The position numbers were made by a program, and so were the translations under genes. 32,000 nucleotides of DNA from Sulfolobus acidocaldarius DSM 639 (GTDB taxonomy: Archaea > Thermoproteota > Thermoprotei_A > Sulfolobales > Sulfolobaceae), in contig NC_007181.1 in NCBI RefSeq assembly GCF_000012285.1, positions 180,001-212,000 of the forward strand, in the 5' to 3' direction. Positions 18,658 to 27,318 of the stretch are shown here, one piece after another; the stretch's first letter is position 1; each line of letters begins with the position of its first letter. The notes under the pieces are model-generated. The model was not told where the DNA came from and ran no database searches. It saw only the letters and a list, made by a program, of their open reading frames with translations.

Positions 18658-19305
18658 ATGGACAAAATAGCATGCGTAGATTTAGGAGATACGTTGGTAG
18701 CATTTGAGCCGAGAAGATACCAACTGATATATGATTTTTTGAGAGACAACGGATACAATCTAAGTCTATCAAAAGTATATAGAGCTTACGTAAGGAGTCT
18801 CTCGAAGTTCAATTTTCCTGACGATAATGGTGTAAACCCATTTGATGTAAAAGACTTCCTCTATGAGTTGGGCTTAGACCCATCTAATGAGAAGTTAACA
18901 AAGAAAATTTCATCTATATCAAGAGGTAGTGAATACCACATCTATGATGATGCCATAGATTTCCTAGAGTACCTTAGATCTGAAGGTTATAAAACAGCTC
19001 TAGTTTCAAATGCCACTCCTAGGGCAAGAAATGTAGTATACTCGTTAGGTCTCCATAAATATCTTGACATCCTAATATTTTCCTTTGAAGTAGGGGTCGT
19101 TAAACCAAATCCAAAAATTTTCACATATGTTAGGGAGAAATTAGGCGAGCCAGACTTTCACTTAGGTGATATTGCTGAAATGGATATACAGGGAGCTAAG
19201 AGGGCAACGCTAAAAAGGGGAATTCTTTTGGATAGGTTTGGATTCTATGGTACGGATATTAAGACATTGAAAGACGTTATTCGCTCTTTAGAGGCTTTGC
19301 GGTAA
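18658..19305 (+). CDS. HAD-superfamily hydrolase (subfamily IA-like)
   Basis: 215-aa ORF. Motif I VDLGDTLV, motif II LVSNA, motif III K-x-x-P (VKPNPKIF), motif IV GDIAEMDIQGA. Confidence 0.7.
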   Translation: MDKIACVDLGDTLVAFEPRRYQLIYDFLRDNGYNLSLSKVYRAYVRSLSKFNFPDDNGVNPFDVKDFLYELGLDPSNEKLTKKISSISRGSEYHIYDDAIDFLEYLRSEGYKTALVSNATPRARNVVYSLGLHKYLDILIFSFEVGVVKPNPKIFTYVREKLGEPDFHLGDIAEMDIQGAKRATLKRGILLDRFGFYGTDIKTLKDVIRSLEALR

Positions 19306-20863
19306 GTCTGATGAGCCAATATATTGATTTCAGGACTCCAGTGAGGTTGTTTAAGTTAACCTGCGAGTAAATCTTAGCGTGTTCTCCTTTTGTTTCTTTC
19401 AATTGCATGAACACAAAGTCTATACTGGAGAATATTTTATCGATCATGGTTTGAACTATCTTCCTCACCAGTTTATTTCTCATGCTATTTGTTATTACAG
19501 GGATTAGCTGTCTAGTAATTTTCAGATCATAGTTCCATGCTAGATATAACAAATCCCAATAGTTTTTAGGAAGCTTCTCCGGCTTAGGGTATGGATTCTT
19601 GGAGATGTAAGTTGTTGAGATTGGAATCACAGGTAACGGGAATATCCATGTTACCAGTTTATGGTCTATCAATGACTGGACTAGGCTGATACTCTGGTCC
19701 ACGTCTTCTTCAGTCTCCTCAGGATAACCTATTGTCATAGTGTAGCACGGATAGATGTAATTGTCATTCATTATTGCTGTGGCATCCAAGATTACATCTC
19801 TCCAGTCCCTGGGAGTCCATGGGAAGGCTTTAGCAGGCATGTACTTTTCAATTATCTTCAGACTCCCACTCTCTAGACCAACCACGGGAGCTGCAGCTCT
19901 ATCGAAATTATATGAAGCTATTTCTGACATAGCCTTTACAGTCTTAGGGCTTTCCCTAACTGCCGGTGCCGATATGTGTGGGAACCATATTCCGTCAACC
20001 CCCATCTTCATAACTTCTGAGAACAGATTTACTATGGCATCATGATTAGTCCTCAACTTTTGGGATCCATAAAGCAAGATGTCGTCTGTAATAAACTCTA
20101 CCCTCCTCCACCCACCTTTCATATTTATCTCTACTTCTTTCTTTATGACGTCTATAGGTATTGATCTGAAAGTCTCTGGGGTAATTGAACAGAACCTACA
20201 ACCCCTAGGGCAACCCCTTGTTACCTGAACCTCCCCTAACCTAGCAGGATTTTGTATTGGAGGAATTTTATCCAGCTTTGGGTTTCTTCCTCTAACTATT
20301 GATGGTGGTTCATTTCCATCAAGAATTGACTTAACTAACGGTGGAAGATCTACCTCTGCCTCTCCTACAAAAACAGTATCTATCCAATCAGGTTTTTTAA
20401 GACTCAGTTCCCAAGCTCCTGGACCTCCTGCAATCACTTTGATTTTATATTTCTCCTTTAAACTCTTTATCTCCTCTCCAAACTCGTCGAAGAACTGGGC
20501 GGTCCAAGTAGGACCTCCGCCAAATATGAAACTCAACTTTGCACTCACTGGGTTTAAGCCATATGGATCGTGGGCTGTGATTCCTATTATTTTAGTTTCT
20601 TTCGCAAATTTCTTTAACTTTTCTGGAGGTACTGTAATTACATTAAATCCTGAATTTGTGAGTAATGCCTCGATTTTTCTTATGGCGTATGGAGCAAACA
20701 GTGCTCTGCCATCTTTATCAGTTGGTACAGGGGGAGTGAAGAACCTGTTCATAAAAACTCTTGGAACTAGTCTAGCTGGCATGCATGCCACATATCCTAG
20801 TACACTAGTTCCACCGTAATCTGTGAAGGATCCTCTATCTGATGTGAGGATTATGTCATACAT
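19277..20863 (-). CDS. grsB: B12-binding-domain radical SAM enzyme, probable GDGT ring synthase
   Basis: 528-aa ORF. The N-terminal ~200 aa are Rossmann-like (B12-binding domain type). The radical SAM cluster motif CPRGCRFC (C218-x3-C222-x2-C225) is encoded at about 20189-20212. From memory of the GDGT-cyclisation literature, S. acidocaldarius grsB is locus saci_0240, about 15 loci after kdgA (saci_0225), which is where this ORF falls. The symbol is tentative. Confidence 0.55.
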   Translation of the reverse strand: MYDIILTSDRGSFTDYGGTSVLGYVACMPARLVPRVFMNRFFTPPVPTDKDGRALFAPYAIRKIEALLTNSGFNVITVPPEKLKKFAKETKIIGITAHDPYGLNPVSAKLSFIFGGGPTWTAQFFDEFGEEIKSLKEKYKIKVIAGGPGAWELSLKKPDWIDTVFVGEAEVDLPPLVKSILDGNEPPSIVRGRNPKLDKIPPIQNPARLGEVQVTRGCPRGCRFCSITPETFRSIPIDVIKKEVEINMKGGWRRVEFITDDILLYGSQKLRTNHDAIVNLFSEVMKMGVDGIWFPHISAPAVRESPKTVKAMSEIASYNFDRAAAPVVGLESGSLKIIEKYMPAKAFPWTPRDWRDVILDATAIMNDNYIYPCYTMTIGYPEETEEDVDQSISLVQSLIDHKLVTWIFPLPVIPISTTYISKNPYPKPEKLPKNYWDLLYLAWNYDLKITRQLIPVITNSMRNKLVRKIVQTMIDKIFSSIDFVFMQLKETKGEHAKIYSQVNLNNLTGVLKSIYWLIRLTAKPLKSE

Positions 20864-21087
20864 TAAAAAGAGAATCGTATTCAGATGTTATAAACTTTCT
20901 TTTAAAAAGAGTATCAGAGAAGGGATTAAATATTTTATTAAGGGGATAAAACTGAAGACTGTTTAATAACTCACCCTATATATTTGTTCAGTTTTTAATA
21001 AAAAAATTGTTTGGTGGTAAACTTTTTCTTAACTCAAGATATATCTCTAAAAACTTGAGATTTTTGAAAAAGCTTTAGAACAACCTA

Positions 21088-21438
21088 CTATATCAGTAAA
21101 GAGGCTAAATGCAGTGCACCCAATATTAGAGCAATAATAACAAATATTACTAGTGACAACACTCCAATTACTATAGCTCCACCCCATCCTACATTGTATA
21201 TTTCTCTAATTATTAATAATATTATGATTATACCTATTATAGCTCCTATGAAATGTAGGAAAGTTGAAAGAACCACGTATACTACTATCGATACTAAACT
21301 CACAATCATTGCGTTTCCAAAACTGGATCTTCTTGATACTGCCTTAGATGCTAGCCACACTGGAATTGACAGTATTATCCAACCTATTAAAAAACTTATT
21401 AAAAGTATTATTAGGTTAGAAATTGATGCCATAATCAA
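21088..21438 (-). CDS. Small integral membrane protein (3-4 TM), unknown function
   Basis: 116-aa ORF that is almost entirely hydrophobic helices. I prefer it over the overlapping + strand ORF 21194..21550, which has an implausible composition. Confidence 0.5.
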   Translation of the reverse strand: MIMASISNLIILLISFLIGWIILSIPVWLASKAVSRRSSFGNAMIVSLVSIVVYVVLSTFLHFIGAIIGIIIILLIIREIYNVGWGGAIVIGVLSLVIFVIIALILGALHLASLLI

Positions 21439-21814
21439 TATCTATAAAGTCTGTAATAATAAAGTTTTCCTGTCTTTATCCGTCAGATTAAAAAGGAAGT
21501 ATAGAGAGAGACTAACCATGAAAACTAATATAGTTTATCTTATGGAATAAGATAGTCAGGAAAGTCATACAAAATTAAATTCTAAAGGCTGAATTATTTT
21601 TAGAAATAAATAAGATGTATGTAGATGTTTTTAGCTATTATATTTCACTTCTCCTTTCAGCTCGACCAATTAAAGATATGATTTTACATCATGTCGACTT
21701 AGTATTTATTTATGTATTTTCTATTTAAAATATTGATAACATTCTAGTCCTAAGCACAGATAGTGATTTTATGATCATATATAGGACTGACAGCGAGATC
21801 GTCCCCCATGTGGA

Positions 21815-22708
21815 TTGTTATTAGGATTTCCCGAAGAAGAAATTTTAAGTCAAGAACAACATAATATATATCGTAGAGATAACGTGATAAGAATACTAAT
21901 TTGTTTCTCATTGATCACCGCTAGTCTATTGATTACCTCCATATTTGCTAATAGTGCTTTATTATTCACTGAATTTATCCACTCGTTAGTGGATCTAATC
22001 CCCATAGCTTTTGCATTCTATGCATTAAGGATTATTGACAGGATTGACAGTAAATACACTTACGGATTGCATAGACTCGAAATTGTAAGCTCATTATTCA
22101 ACATATTCACCGTAGTAGCAGGAAGCGTCTTTAGTGTGTATATCTCTACCGTTGAGCTAATTGAAGGCTCAAGAGGAGACTTCTTACTAGTTCTAATCTC
22201 TTCTTCTATAGCCCTCTCTTTATCTCTTGTAGCCTCCACCGATAAGAGTGAAGAGGGAAGGGTTAGCGGAAGTAAACTACATGCGATCCAAGACTCGCTA
22301 GCATATATATTAGCTGTTATTTCATCCTTACTTATTATTATTATGAAAATATACTTCATTGATCCTGTTTCAGCGTATATCTTAAATGGAGTCCTTGTAA
22401 TTACATCACTAAGTCCTTTAAAGTTCTCTTATAACATCTTGATGGAGAAATCACCTATTGACACAAAAAGCGTGGAAACTGAATTACAATCTATCTTTCC
22501 ACAAGTTCATCATATCCATGTATGGTCCATATGTGATCATTTAAATGTAGCTACACTTCATGTAAGAGAGAACCCTGACCTAACTTTGAGAGAACTTGAT
22601 AAAAAAAGGGAGTACGCAGAAAAAGTTCTAAGGGAAAAATTTGGGATTACACATGTTACAATACAGTTTGAAGCGAATAATAAAAAAGAGAGGCTTGAGA
22701 AAATTTAA
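21815..22708 (+). CDS. Cation diffusion facilitator (CDF) family metal transporter (CzcD/ZitB-like)
   Basis: 297-aa ORF. TM2 signature ALLFTEFIHSLVDL (cf. CDF aLlaDa.H.l.D), HAIQDSLAY in TM5, and a C-terminal cytoplasmic domain with HHIHVW. The TTG start is uncertain. Confidence 0.7.
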   Translation: MLLGFPEEEILSQEQHNIYRRDNVIRILICFSLITASLLITSIFANSALLFTEFIHSLVDLIPIAFAFYALRIIDRIDSKYTYGLHRLEIVSSLFNIFTVVAGSVFSVYISTVELIEGSRGDFLLVLISSSIALSLSLVASTDKSEEGRVSGSKLHAIQDSLAYILAVISSLLIIIMKIYFIDPVSAYILNGVLVITSLSPLKFSYNILMEKSPIDTKSVETELQSIFPQVHHIHVWSICDHLNVATLHVRENPDLTLRELDKKREYAEKVLREKFGITHVTIQFEANNKKERLEKI

Positions 22709-23838
22709 CCTCTATTTTCTAATGGTACGTAATCCCTCTGCGATGGTCCTACATATAGGGCTCTGGGTCTTATTAGCCTGTGTTGCTCTTCCACATATTC
22801 AATAAAATGAGCCAACCATCCTAAAGTTCTGGACAGCGCAAATATTCCTGTGAACATGTAGATTGGGAAGCCTATGCCATAAAATACAATCCCTGAGTAG
22901 AAGTCTGTATTTGGATAGACTCCTTTACCTGAGAATGTTTCTACTCCTAACTTTTCAAGTCTTTCAGCAATGTCAAGATACTTCTTAACTTGCTCATTCC
23001 CACTAGCTAATTCCTCCGCATACTTCTTGAATATTTTTCCTCTTGGATCAAAAGTCCTATAAACTCTATGTCCAAACCCCATTAATCTCTTTTTCTTATC
23101 TAGAATATTGGTTTTGAACCATTCATCTACTTTTTCAGGAGAACCTATTTCTACAAATTGCTTAAAGGCTTCCTCAGCAGCTCCTCCATGTAATGGACCT
23201 TTTAATGCTGAGAGGGCTGCAACTATGCAAGAGTAAAGGTCTGATAATGTGGAAGCTGCAACAAGTCCAGCTGTTGTGGATGCAGGAACTTCATGATCAG
23301 TGTAGAGTATTAATGCAATGTCCATGGCTTTTACCTTCTTGTCCTCTACATGTCCTCCAAATGCTGCCTCTAAAAAGCTCCTAGCTAAACTCTCACTAGG
23401 TTGTGGTATTCTTGGTTTCAATCCCTCCTTAGCCCTATAAATATTTGCTAATATTGTAGCTGTTTTCGCTACGATCTCTATTGCTATATCCTTGTTTTTA
23501 GCCTTCTCCCAGGTAGGGTTATAAATTGCTGCAAGTACTCCAAAAGCCGCTTCCATTAAGCCAATAGTCTCTGATTCTTTAGGTAGTGAGTAAATTAGGT
23601 TTATTGCCTGGTCAGGTACTTCGAAGCTCTCATCTAGTTTATTTTTAACTCTCTGGAGATCTGATTTTTTAGGAAGTTCTCCATAAAGCATTAGGTAGAT
23701 AATTTCCTCATAGGTAGAATATTTTGCTAAATCTTCTATGCTGTAACCTCTGTACCTTAATACTCCATTTACACCATCAATGTAGGTTAAACTAGTTGAT
23801 TTTATGTATACATCTTCTAATCCTCTGCTTACTGACGT
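22705..23838 (-). CDS. Citrate synthase / 2-methylcitrate synthase (type I archaeal), apparent ACG initiation codon
   Basis: Citrate synthase signatures are present (GFGHRVY, LHGGA, TDHEVPAST). The track ORF (22705..23691) starts at an internal Met. The 49 codons upstream, (T)SVSRGLEDVYIKSTSLTYIDGVNGVLRYRGYSIEDLAKYSTYEEIIYL, are the conserved CS N-terminus. Starting at 23838 gives 377 aa, the usual length. Adjacency to prpB and prpD suggests a methylcitrate synthase role. Confidence 0.75.
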   Translation of the reverse strand, partial: TSVSRGLEDVYIKSTSLTYIDGVNGVLRYRGYSIEDLAKYSTYEEIIYLMLYGELPKKSDLQRVKNKLDESFEVPDQAINLIYSLPKESETIGLMEAAFGVLAAIYNPTWEKAKNKDIAIEIVAKTATILANIYRAKEGLKPRIPQPSESLARSFLEAAFGGHVEDKKVKAMDIALILYTDHEVPASTTAGLVAASTLSDLYSCIVAALSALKGPLHGGAAEEAFKQFVEIGSPEKVDEWFKTNILDKKKRLMGFGHRVYRTFDPRGKIFKKYAEELASGNEQVKKYLDIAERLEKLGVETFSGKGVYPNTDFYSGIVFYGIGFPIYMFTGIFALSRTLGWLAHFIEYVEEQHRLIRPRALYVGPSQRDYVPLENRG

Positions 23839-23840
23839 AT

Positions 23841-24056
23841 TTAATCCCCTCTTACATGATTTATGTTTACTTCTCTGATTAAATCTCTAGTTGAAATGAT
23901 TCCCTTAATTTTACCAGATTTGTCAAGGTTTAATGAGTATCTTTTGTAAATTGTGTGAAATGTTGGATCTCTTAAATAGTTAAAATAGTTTTTACCTAAC
24001 TTTTCATAGAAAAAATTATCTTTAAAAATTAACATGCTTGTAATATAACTCTTCAT
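23841..24056 (-). CDS. 71-aa ORF with a CBS-domain-like C-terminal fragment (doubtful gene or remnant)
   Basis: The C-terminus LNLDKSGKIKGIISTRDLIREV resembles the CBS-domain strand-helix core (d..Gkl.GiiT..Dl). It lies between prpB and the synthase, and its TAA stop is 2 nt upstream of the synthase ACG. Confidence 0.25.
   Translation of the reverse strand: MKSYITSMLIFKDNFFYEKLGKNYFNYLRDPTFHTIYKRYSLNLDKSGKIKGIISTRDLIREVNINHVRGD
23844..23851 (-). promoter_or_regulatory. Shine-Dalgarno-like motif GAGGGGAT upstream of the citrate synthase ACG codon
   Basis: The reverse strand reads GAGGGGAT-TAAAT-ACG. The motif matches 7 of 8 positions of the Sulfolobus SD consensus GAGGTGAT, with 5-nt spacing to the ACG at 23836-23838. 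Confidence 0.5.
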
Positions 24057-24080
24057 GTTTATTTATATCCATTTAGTAAA

Positions 24081-24923
24081 CTATAAATCTTTTGCAAGTT
24101 GTTTATCTAAATCCTCATAAGAGTAATATTTAATAACCTCATACTGCTCTTTCCTAGTCATCATCTTATCCAAGAGAGATTTCTGGGTTCCTTCCTTCAT
24201 CAAGACTTCAAGCGCATCCTTCATTGCCTTTGCTGCAACTCTAAATATAGTAACAGGGAATATTACATATTTGTATCCCATCTCTCTAAACTCCTTGGCT
24301 GTAATGTATGGCGTCTTTCCAAATTCTGTCATGTTTGCCAAAAGAGGTGCCTTTACCTCCTTAGCGAACTTTTGGAACTCATCCTTAGATTCCATAGCCT
24401 CAGGGAATATTATATCTGCGCCAGCCTCTAGGTATGTCTTTGCCCTCTGAATTGCGTCATCAAGACCATTCACTGCCCTAGAGTCGGTTCTGGCTATAAT
24501 TAGCATTTCCTTACGGGCTTTAAGTGCTGCTTTTATTTTAGATACCATGTCCCTTGGGTGCACAACTTCTTTACCATCCAAGTGACCGCATTTTTTGGGT
24601 AAAACTTGATCCTCTATCTGAATTGCATTAGCTCCTGCACTTTCTAAAACTTTTACGGCTCTATATACATTTAAGACTTCCCCAAACCCAGTGTCTGCAT
24701 CAACAATTATTGGTATGTCAGTGACTTCCCTTATTCTCCTTATAATCCAGGCTAATTCATCGAGTGTTATTATGCCTAAATCTGGCATACCGAGGGAAGA
24801 GGTATATGCACCGCCTGAAAGGTAAACTGCTTTAAATCCAACTTGCTCAGCTAGAAGGGCAGTAAATGGATTAAATACCCCGGGAATTAATAAAAAGTCA
24901 GCCTTCCTTAATAGCTCTGACAA
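24081..24923 (-). CDS. prpB: Methylisocitrate lyase (PEP mutase/isocitrate lyase superfamily)
   Basis: 280-aa ORF. Motifs IPGVFNPFTALLAEQVGFKAVYLSG, IVDADTGFG and the catalytic-loop KKCGH (family K[KR]CGH). Adjacent to prpD. Confidence 0.8.
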   Translation of the reverse strand: MSELLRKADFLLIPGVFNPFTALLAEQVGFKAVYLSGGAYTSSLGMPDLGIITLDELAWIIRRIREVTDIPIIVDADTGFGEVLNVYRAVKVLESAGANAIQIEDQVLPKKCGHLDGKEVVHPRDMVSKIKAALKARKEMLIIARTDSRAVNGLDDAIQRAKTYLEAGADIIFPEAMESKDEFQKFAKEVKAPLLANMTEFGKTPYITAKEFREMGYKYVIFPVTIFRVAAKAMKDALEVLMKEGTQKSLLDKMMTRKEQYEVIKYYSYEDLDKQLAKDL

Positions 24924-26193
24924 GTTCTCTCACCTTAATTGTGTCTAACTGTAAAACTGAATTTATTTGTTTTTCTGACATTCCCAACTTTTTAGCCTTT
25001 TCTACAACTTCATCCTCACTCATAGGATTAGCGTAATGTCCTCTAGGCACTCTAACTTCTGCAGAATATTCTCCCTTACTTGTAATCACCGTTACTTTTG
25101 TGGGTAATTCTCTAGCATAAACCTTTGTGTAATCTTCTCTTTCTACAACCTCCACTCTCTTCATCAGCTCTTCTAACTCCTTATAACCAATTAGATTGTA
25201 TGAATCCAACCATAGGTACTTCTTAAGGAGTGTAACGGTGATTATGAAAGGTATACTGTGATCTGCAGTTTCCTTATTTCTAGGCTTCCATTTGTCTTCA
25301 GTATCTGCTAAAATACTCTTACCAGCCTCATACGTTTCTACAACTATCTTCTTTATCTCTCCCTCATAATTTATTTTCATACCAGCCTCAACAAGTGCCT
25401 CAGCGTGGTATTCCACTGGGTATTTCTTCAACATGGTTCTTAGTATAGCCTTACCCTCTGTTAATTTGAACTTAGAAGAATCCATGTCCTTAGCTATAAT
25501 CGTGGAGAAACCGAACACCCCAGAGAATGGTAGCTCAGGTCCAGTAAATCCGTTCTTTGCCATAAGCGTGGCAAAAACAGCATTTCTTACTGCCTCTGCT
25601 GTGGCTCCTGCTTTCCACATGGATAGCTTTCCACTTCTTGTCTCTCTAAGTGCGACATGTGGAACTATGGTAAGTGAAATTGCATTCTTAGCCTTCTCCT
25701 TATCTAAGGACAATAGATTAGCCATTCCAGCAGCAGCACCTATTCCTAAGAAATTTACATGGTCAAAGCCCTTCTTTCTTAATGAGGTTGTGTCACAAAG
25801 ATTCACTCCAACTTCATAACCCACTGCAATGGCTCTGATTAAGTCCTCACCCTTCAAATCAAATATTGATGCCAATGTAAGTAATCCTCCTATCATATCA
25901 CTTGGGTGAAGTGGTTCAAGGCTAAGATAAGTATCGTTAAAATCAAGGTAACGGATTAACAGTGTGTTGTAGAAGGAGGCAAAATCTGGGCTTGCTTTCA
26001 TTCCATTTAGCATAGGAGCTTCTCCAGGGAAGTACTTAGCTGTCTCTTGGGCAACTTTAGCAGGTTGAGAGTTTATAGATGCTAAAGCTACTGCAATACT
26101 ATCTAGAACGCGCTTCTTTACTTCTTTTACCACGTCATCACTTACTTTAGTTACGGAAGATGCGAACTCCGCTATTGTATCGGAGAGTTCCAT
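24898..26193 (-). CDS. prpD: 2-methylcitrate dehydratase (MmgE/PrpD family)
   Basis: 431-aa ORF with typical PrpD length and pattern (N-terminal FASSVT...VKKRVLDSIAVALAS; central HPSD..GG). Its 3' end overlaps the prpB start by 26 nt. Confidence 0.75.
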   Translation of the reverse strand: MELSDTIAEFASSVTKVSDDVVKEVKKRVLDSIAVALASINSQPAKVAQETAKYFPGEAPMLNGMKASPDFASFYNTLLIRYLDFNDTYLSLEPLHPSDMIGGLLTLASIFDLKGEDLIRAIAVGYEVGVNLCDTTSLRKKGFDHVNFLGIGAAAGMANLLSLDKEKAKNAISLTIVPHVALRETRSGKLSMWKAGATAEAVRNAVFATLMAKNGFTGPELPFSGVFGFSTIIAKDMDSSKFKLTEGKAILRTMLKKYPVEYHAEALVEAGMKINYEGEIKKIVVETYEAGKSILADTEDKWKPRNKETADHSIPFIITVTLLKKYLWLDSYNLIGYKELEELMKRVEVVEREDYTKVYARELPTKVTVITSKGEYSAEVRVPRGHYANPMSEDEVVEKAKKLGMSEKQINSVLQLDTIKVRELVRAIKEG

Positions 26194-26396
26194 GTAGTCA
26201 TATTACTGGTACAACTTAAAAATTTAATAATTGTCAATAATCTTCTCCTTATTTATATTAAAGTACTTTATTTTTACAAACACTGTTTATACAAGATCAT
26301 TCTATAATACTATGCTAATAAATGTGCAAAGTAAGGTATTGTATTGTTTTATTTAAATTGGTTAAGTTTAAATCTTTCTAACGTAGATTTTAGGCT

Positions 26397-27317
26397 ATGG
26401 TAAAAGTAGCCTTTATAGGAGTGGGAAGAGTAGGTCAAACTATAGCTTATAATACAATAGTTAACGGGTATGCAGACGAAGTAATGCTTTACGATGTAGT
26501 TCCAGAGTTACCAGAGAAATTTGAGCATGAAATTAGGCACGCATTAGCAGCCTTGAGAGTTAAGACTGAACTGTTGAGCACCAATAATATAGATGATATT
26601 TCGGGAGCAGATATTGTAGTAATCACAGCTGGAAAACCAAGGAAACCTGGTATGAGTAGAAGGGATCTGTTCATCGACAACGCTAAGATAATGATAGATC
26701 TAGCAAAGAAACTTCCAAAGAAAAACAAAGGTGCAATGTATATCATGGTAGCTAACCCAGTGGATATGATGGCGTCAGTATTTATGAAGTACTCTGGAGA
26801 GAATACAATTAGCACTGGTAACCAGGTAGAGACAATGAGAATGAGGTCTTACATTGCAAAGAAATTGAATATACCAGCATATGAAGTAGGAGGATATGTT
26901 GGTGGTGAACACGGAGAGGCTGCAATGGTATTATGGAGTACTGTAACAGTGAAAGGCAAACCTTTCAGTGAGAGTTTAGGCGTAAATAAGGCTGAGGTAG
27001 AAGATTACGTTAAGAAAATTGCTGCTGAGATAATAAGAGTTTTAGGCGGAACAACATGGGGTCCAGGTGCTGATATTGAAGAGGTGATCAGAAGTGTCGC
27101 ACTTAATGAGGGTAAAGTCATGTCTGTTGCATTCCCCCACAAATATGAGGACGAGATAATTCACATAAGTGAACCAGTTGTTGTAGGTAGAACTGTAGGT
27201 CCTGCACTGACCTCAGCATTAGATGAAAATGACAAAGCTAGACTGTCACAGGCGATAAAAGAAGTTTATAACGTTTATAAGAGTAACTTAAAAGAGTTAG
27301 AGCAAGTAATATCTTGA
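26397..27317 (+). CDS. mdh: Malate dehydrogenase (LDH-like MDH family)
   Basis: 306-aa ORF. Motifs [16 protein letters not shown] (GxGxxG), [16 protein letters not shown] (substrate-loop Arg), NPVD, and GGEHGE (catalytic His). Confidence 0.85.
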   Translation: MVKVAFIGVGRVGQTIAYNTIVNGYADEVMLYDVVPELPEKFEHEIRHALAALRVKTELLSTNNIDDISGADIVVITAGKPRKPGMSRRDLFIDNAKIMIDLAKKLPKKNKGAMYIMVANPVDMMASVFMKYSGENTISTGNQVETMRMRSYIAKKLNIPAYEVGGYVGGEHGEAAMVLWSTVTVKGKPFSESLGVNKAEVEDYVKKIAAEIIRVLGGTTWGPGADIEEVIRSVALNEGKVMSVAFPHKYEDEIIHISEPVVVGRTVGPALTSALDENDKARLSQAIKEVYNVYKSNLKELEQVIS

Positions 27318-27318
27318 T

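Noticed and set aside
20864-21087. The hairpin CTCAAG-N15-CTTGAG followed by ATTTTTG was considered as a terminator or regulatory element between the radical SAM gene and the small membrane protein gene.
   Set aside because: It lies upstream of the minus-strand radical SAM gene start and downstream of the minus-strand membrane gene. It may act as an intergenic terminator, but a 6-bp stem with a long AT loop is weak, and archaeal termination does not require hairpins. Support is insufficient to annotate it.
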